From contig CAWGMA010000004.1 in NCBI GenBank assembly GCA_963823555.1, positions 96,001 through 160,000 on the forward strand: a DNA stretch of 64,000 bases, read 5' to 3'. Both the position numbers and the translations under genes were made by a program. This DNA comes from Candidatus Eiseniibacteriota bacterium (lineage in GTDB: Bacteria; Eisenbacteria; RBG-16-71-46; CAVPCR01). Position 1 is the first letter of the stretch, and each line of letters begins with the position of its first letter. This document shows, piece after piece, positions 62,819 through 64,000 of the stretch. Below the pieces are notes generated by a model. The model saw only the letters and a list, made by a program, of their open reading frames with translations. It did no database searches and was not told the origin of the DNA.

Positions 62819-63732
62819 CGCTCGAGCTCCACCCGCGGATCGAGGACATGATAGGCGATGTCGACCGTCAAGTTGAGGAGCATGAGCAGAACGGAGTAGA
62901 AGAGCACTGTCCCCATCGCCAACGTGTAGTCGCGGTTGAGGGCGCTCTGCACGAAGAAGGTCCCAAGCCCGGGGACGAGGAAGATCCGCTCGATGACCAC
63001 CGATCCCGTCAGCGTGGCCGCCGTGGCCGGGCCGAGGTAGGAGATCACCGGGAGGATCGCCACGCGCAACGCGTGGCGTAGCGCGACCGCGGTTTCGCTC
63101 AAGCCCTTGGCGCGAGCCGTCCTTACAAAATCCTCACTGAGCGCTTCGATCATGCCGCTGCGAGTCAGGCGGGCGATGATGGCGGCGCGGGACGCGGCCA
63201 GGGTCAGCGCCGGCAGGATGAGCTGGCGGAGCGAGCCCCAGCCGGCGGGAGGCAGGAGCCCGAGAGCGAAGGCGAAGACCAGGATGAAGAGCGGAGCCAG
63301 GACGAAGTTCGGGATACAGATCCCGGCCATGGAGATCGCCATCGCTGCATGATCCGTGAACCGCCCGCGCCGCATCGCACTCACGACTCCCGCCGCCACT
63401 CCGGTGACGAGTGCGATCGACATCGCCAGAGCACCGAGTGTGAGCGAGACCGGCGCGCTCTGCGCGATGATCTCGTTCACCGAGCGGTTCCGATAGCGGA
63501 ACGACGGACCCAGGTCGCCGCGGATGAGTTCACGGGCATAGCGTCCGAACTGCGCGAACAGTGGCTCATCCAGGTGGTAGCGGGCGCGGACGGCGGCCTC
63601 GATGGTGGGCGGCAGGCTGCGCTCGGCGTCGAAGGGCCCACCGGGGGCGGTCCGCATGAAGAGAAAGGCCAGGAACAGGGCGATGGCCAGGAGAGGGATG
63701 AGGCCGAGGAGGCGCCGCGCGACGTAGGCCAT
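62815..63732 (-). CDS. oppB: Oligopeptide ABC transporter permease OppB
   Basis: APGGPFD, GDLGPSF, TARAKGL and NRDY motifs. Confidence 0.92.
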   Translation of the reverse strand: MAYVARRLLGLIPLLAIALFLAFLFMRTAPGGPFDAERSLPPTIEAAVRARYHLDEPLFAQFGRYARELIRGDLGPSFRYRNRSVNEIIAQSAPVSLTLGALAMSIALVTGVAAGVVSAMRRGRFTDHAAMAISMAGICIPNFVLAPLFILVFAFALGLLPPAGWGSLRQLILPALTLAASRAAIIARLTRSGMIEALSEDFVRTARAKGLSETAVALRHALRVAILPVISYLGPATAATLTGSVVIERIFLVPGLGTFFVQSALNRDYTLAMGTVLFYSVLLMLLNLTVDIAYHVLDPRVELER

Positions 63733-64000
63733 CATCGGGCAGCGATCTCCGCGCGGTCCTTGCGATAGACGTGCTTCAAGAGCAGCAGGTTGAGCAGATT
63801 GGGCTCGCAGCCGCCGAAGCGGCGATCGTCGTAGCAGTTGAGGGTCACGAGAAAGTAGAGGGGGATGATCGGGGCCTCGGCGAGCAGGATCTCCTCGGCA
63901 CGAGCGAGGACCGAGAAACGGCGTGCCGGTTCGGTCTCCGCGGCGGCCTCGGCCATGAGCCGCGTGTACTCCGGGTGCGACCAGCCCGTGCGGTTGTTGG
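63732..64000 (-). CDS. oppA: Oligopeptide ABC transporter substrate-binding protein, 3' part only
   Basis: NNRTGWSHPEY...AEEILLAEAPIIPLY C-terminal family-5 SBP motif; runs off the window. Confidence 0.8.
   Translation of the reverse strand, partial: NNRTGWSHPEYTRLMAEAAAETEPARRFSVLARAEEILLAEAPIIPLYFLVTLNCYDDRRFGGCEPNLLNLLLLKHVYRKDRAEIAAR

Overview
This is a GC-rich bacterial chromosomal window from a diderm organism. Five secreted proteins end in an FlgD-Ig/T9SS-like C-terminal domain, which suggests an FCB-group candidate phylum such as Eisenbacteria or Krumholzibacteriota (inference only). Left part: pckA and an aspartate aminotransferase; a respiratory operon encoding a pentaheme cytochrome c, a Rieske protein and a cytochrome b fused to a nine-heme cytochrome c through an internal Ala-Arg-Ala signal peptide; a DHDPS-family gene, an FAD oxidoreductase and a CPBP protease; and a ~4.3 kb insert carrying an M1 aminopeptidase between two integrase remnants and a duplicated gene junction. 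Middle part: an EEP nuclease, a class-V aminotransferase, a sirtuin, DinB, Tat-signal TldD with PmbA, sdhCAB, OmpA, dusB, an LsrF-like gene with a Zn-dehydrogenase, FIST and AlaX. Right part: two tandem ~1170-aa Cys-rich secreted paralogs with highly structured intergenic regions; a class II photolyase; a CxxU selenoprotein missed by the ORF track; an orphan TolC/HlyD pair facing DUF4956-like and DUF3616-like genes; nadA, fur, a cyclophilin and oppABC. At least five conserved genes carry 1-nt indels, probably assembly errors. No rRNA, tRNA or CRISPR array was recognised.
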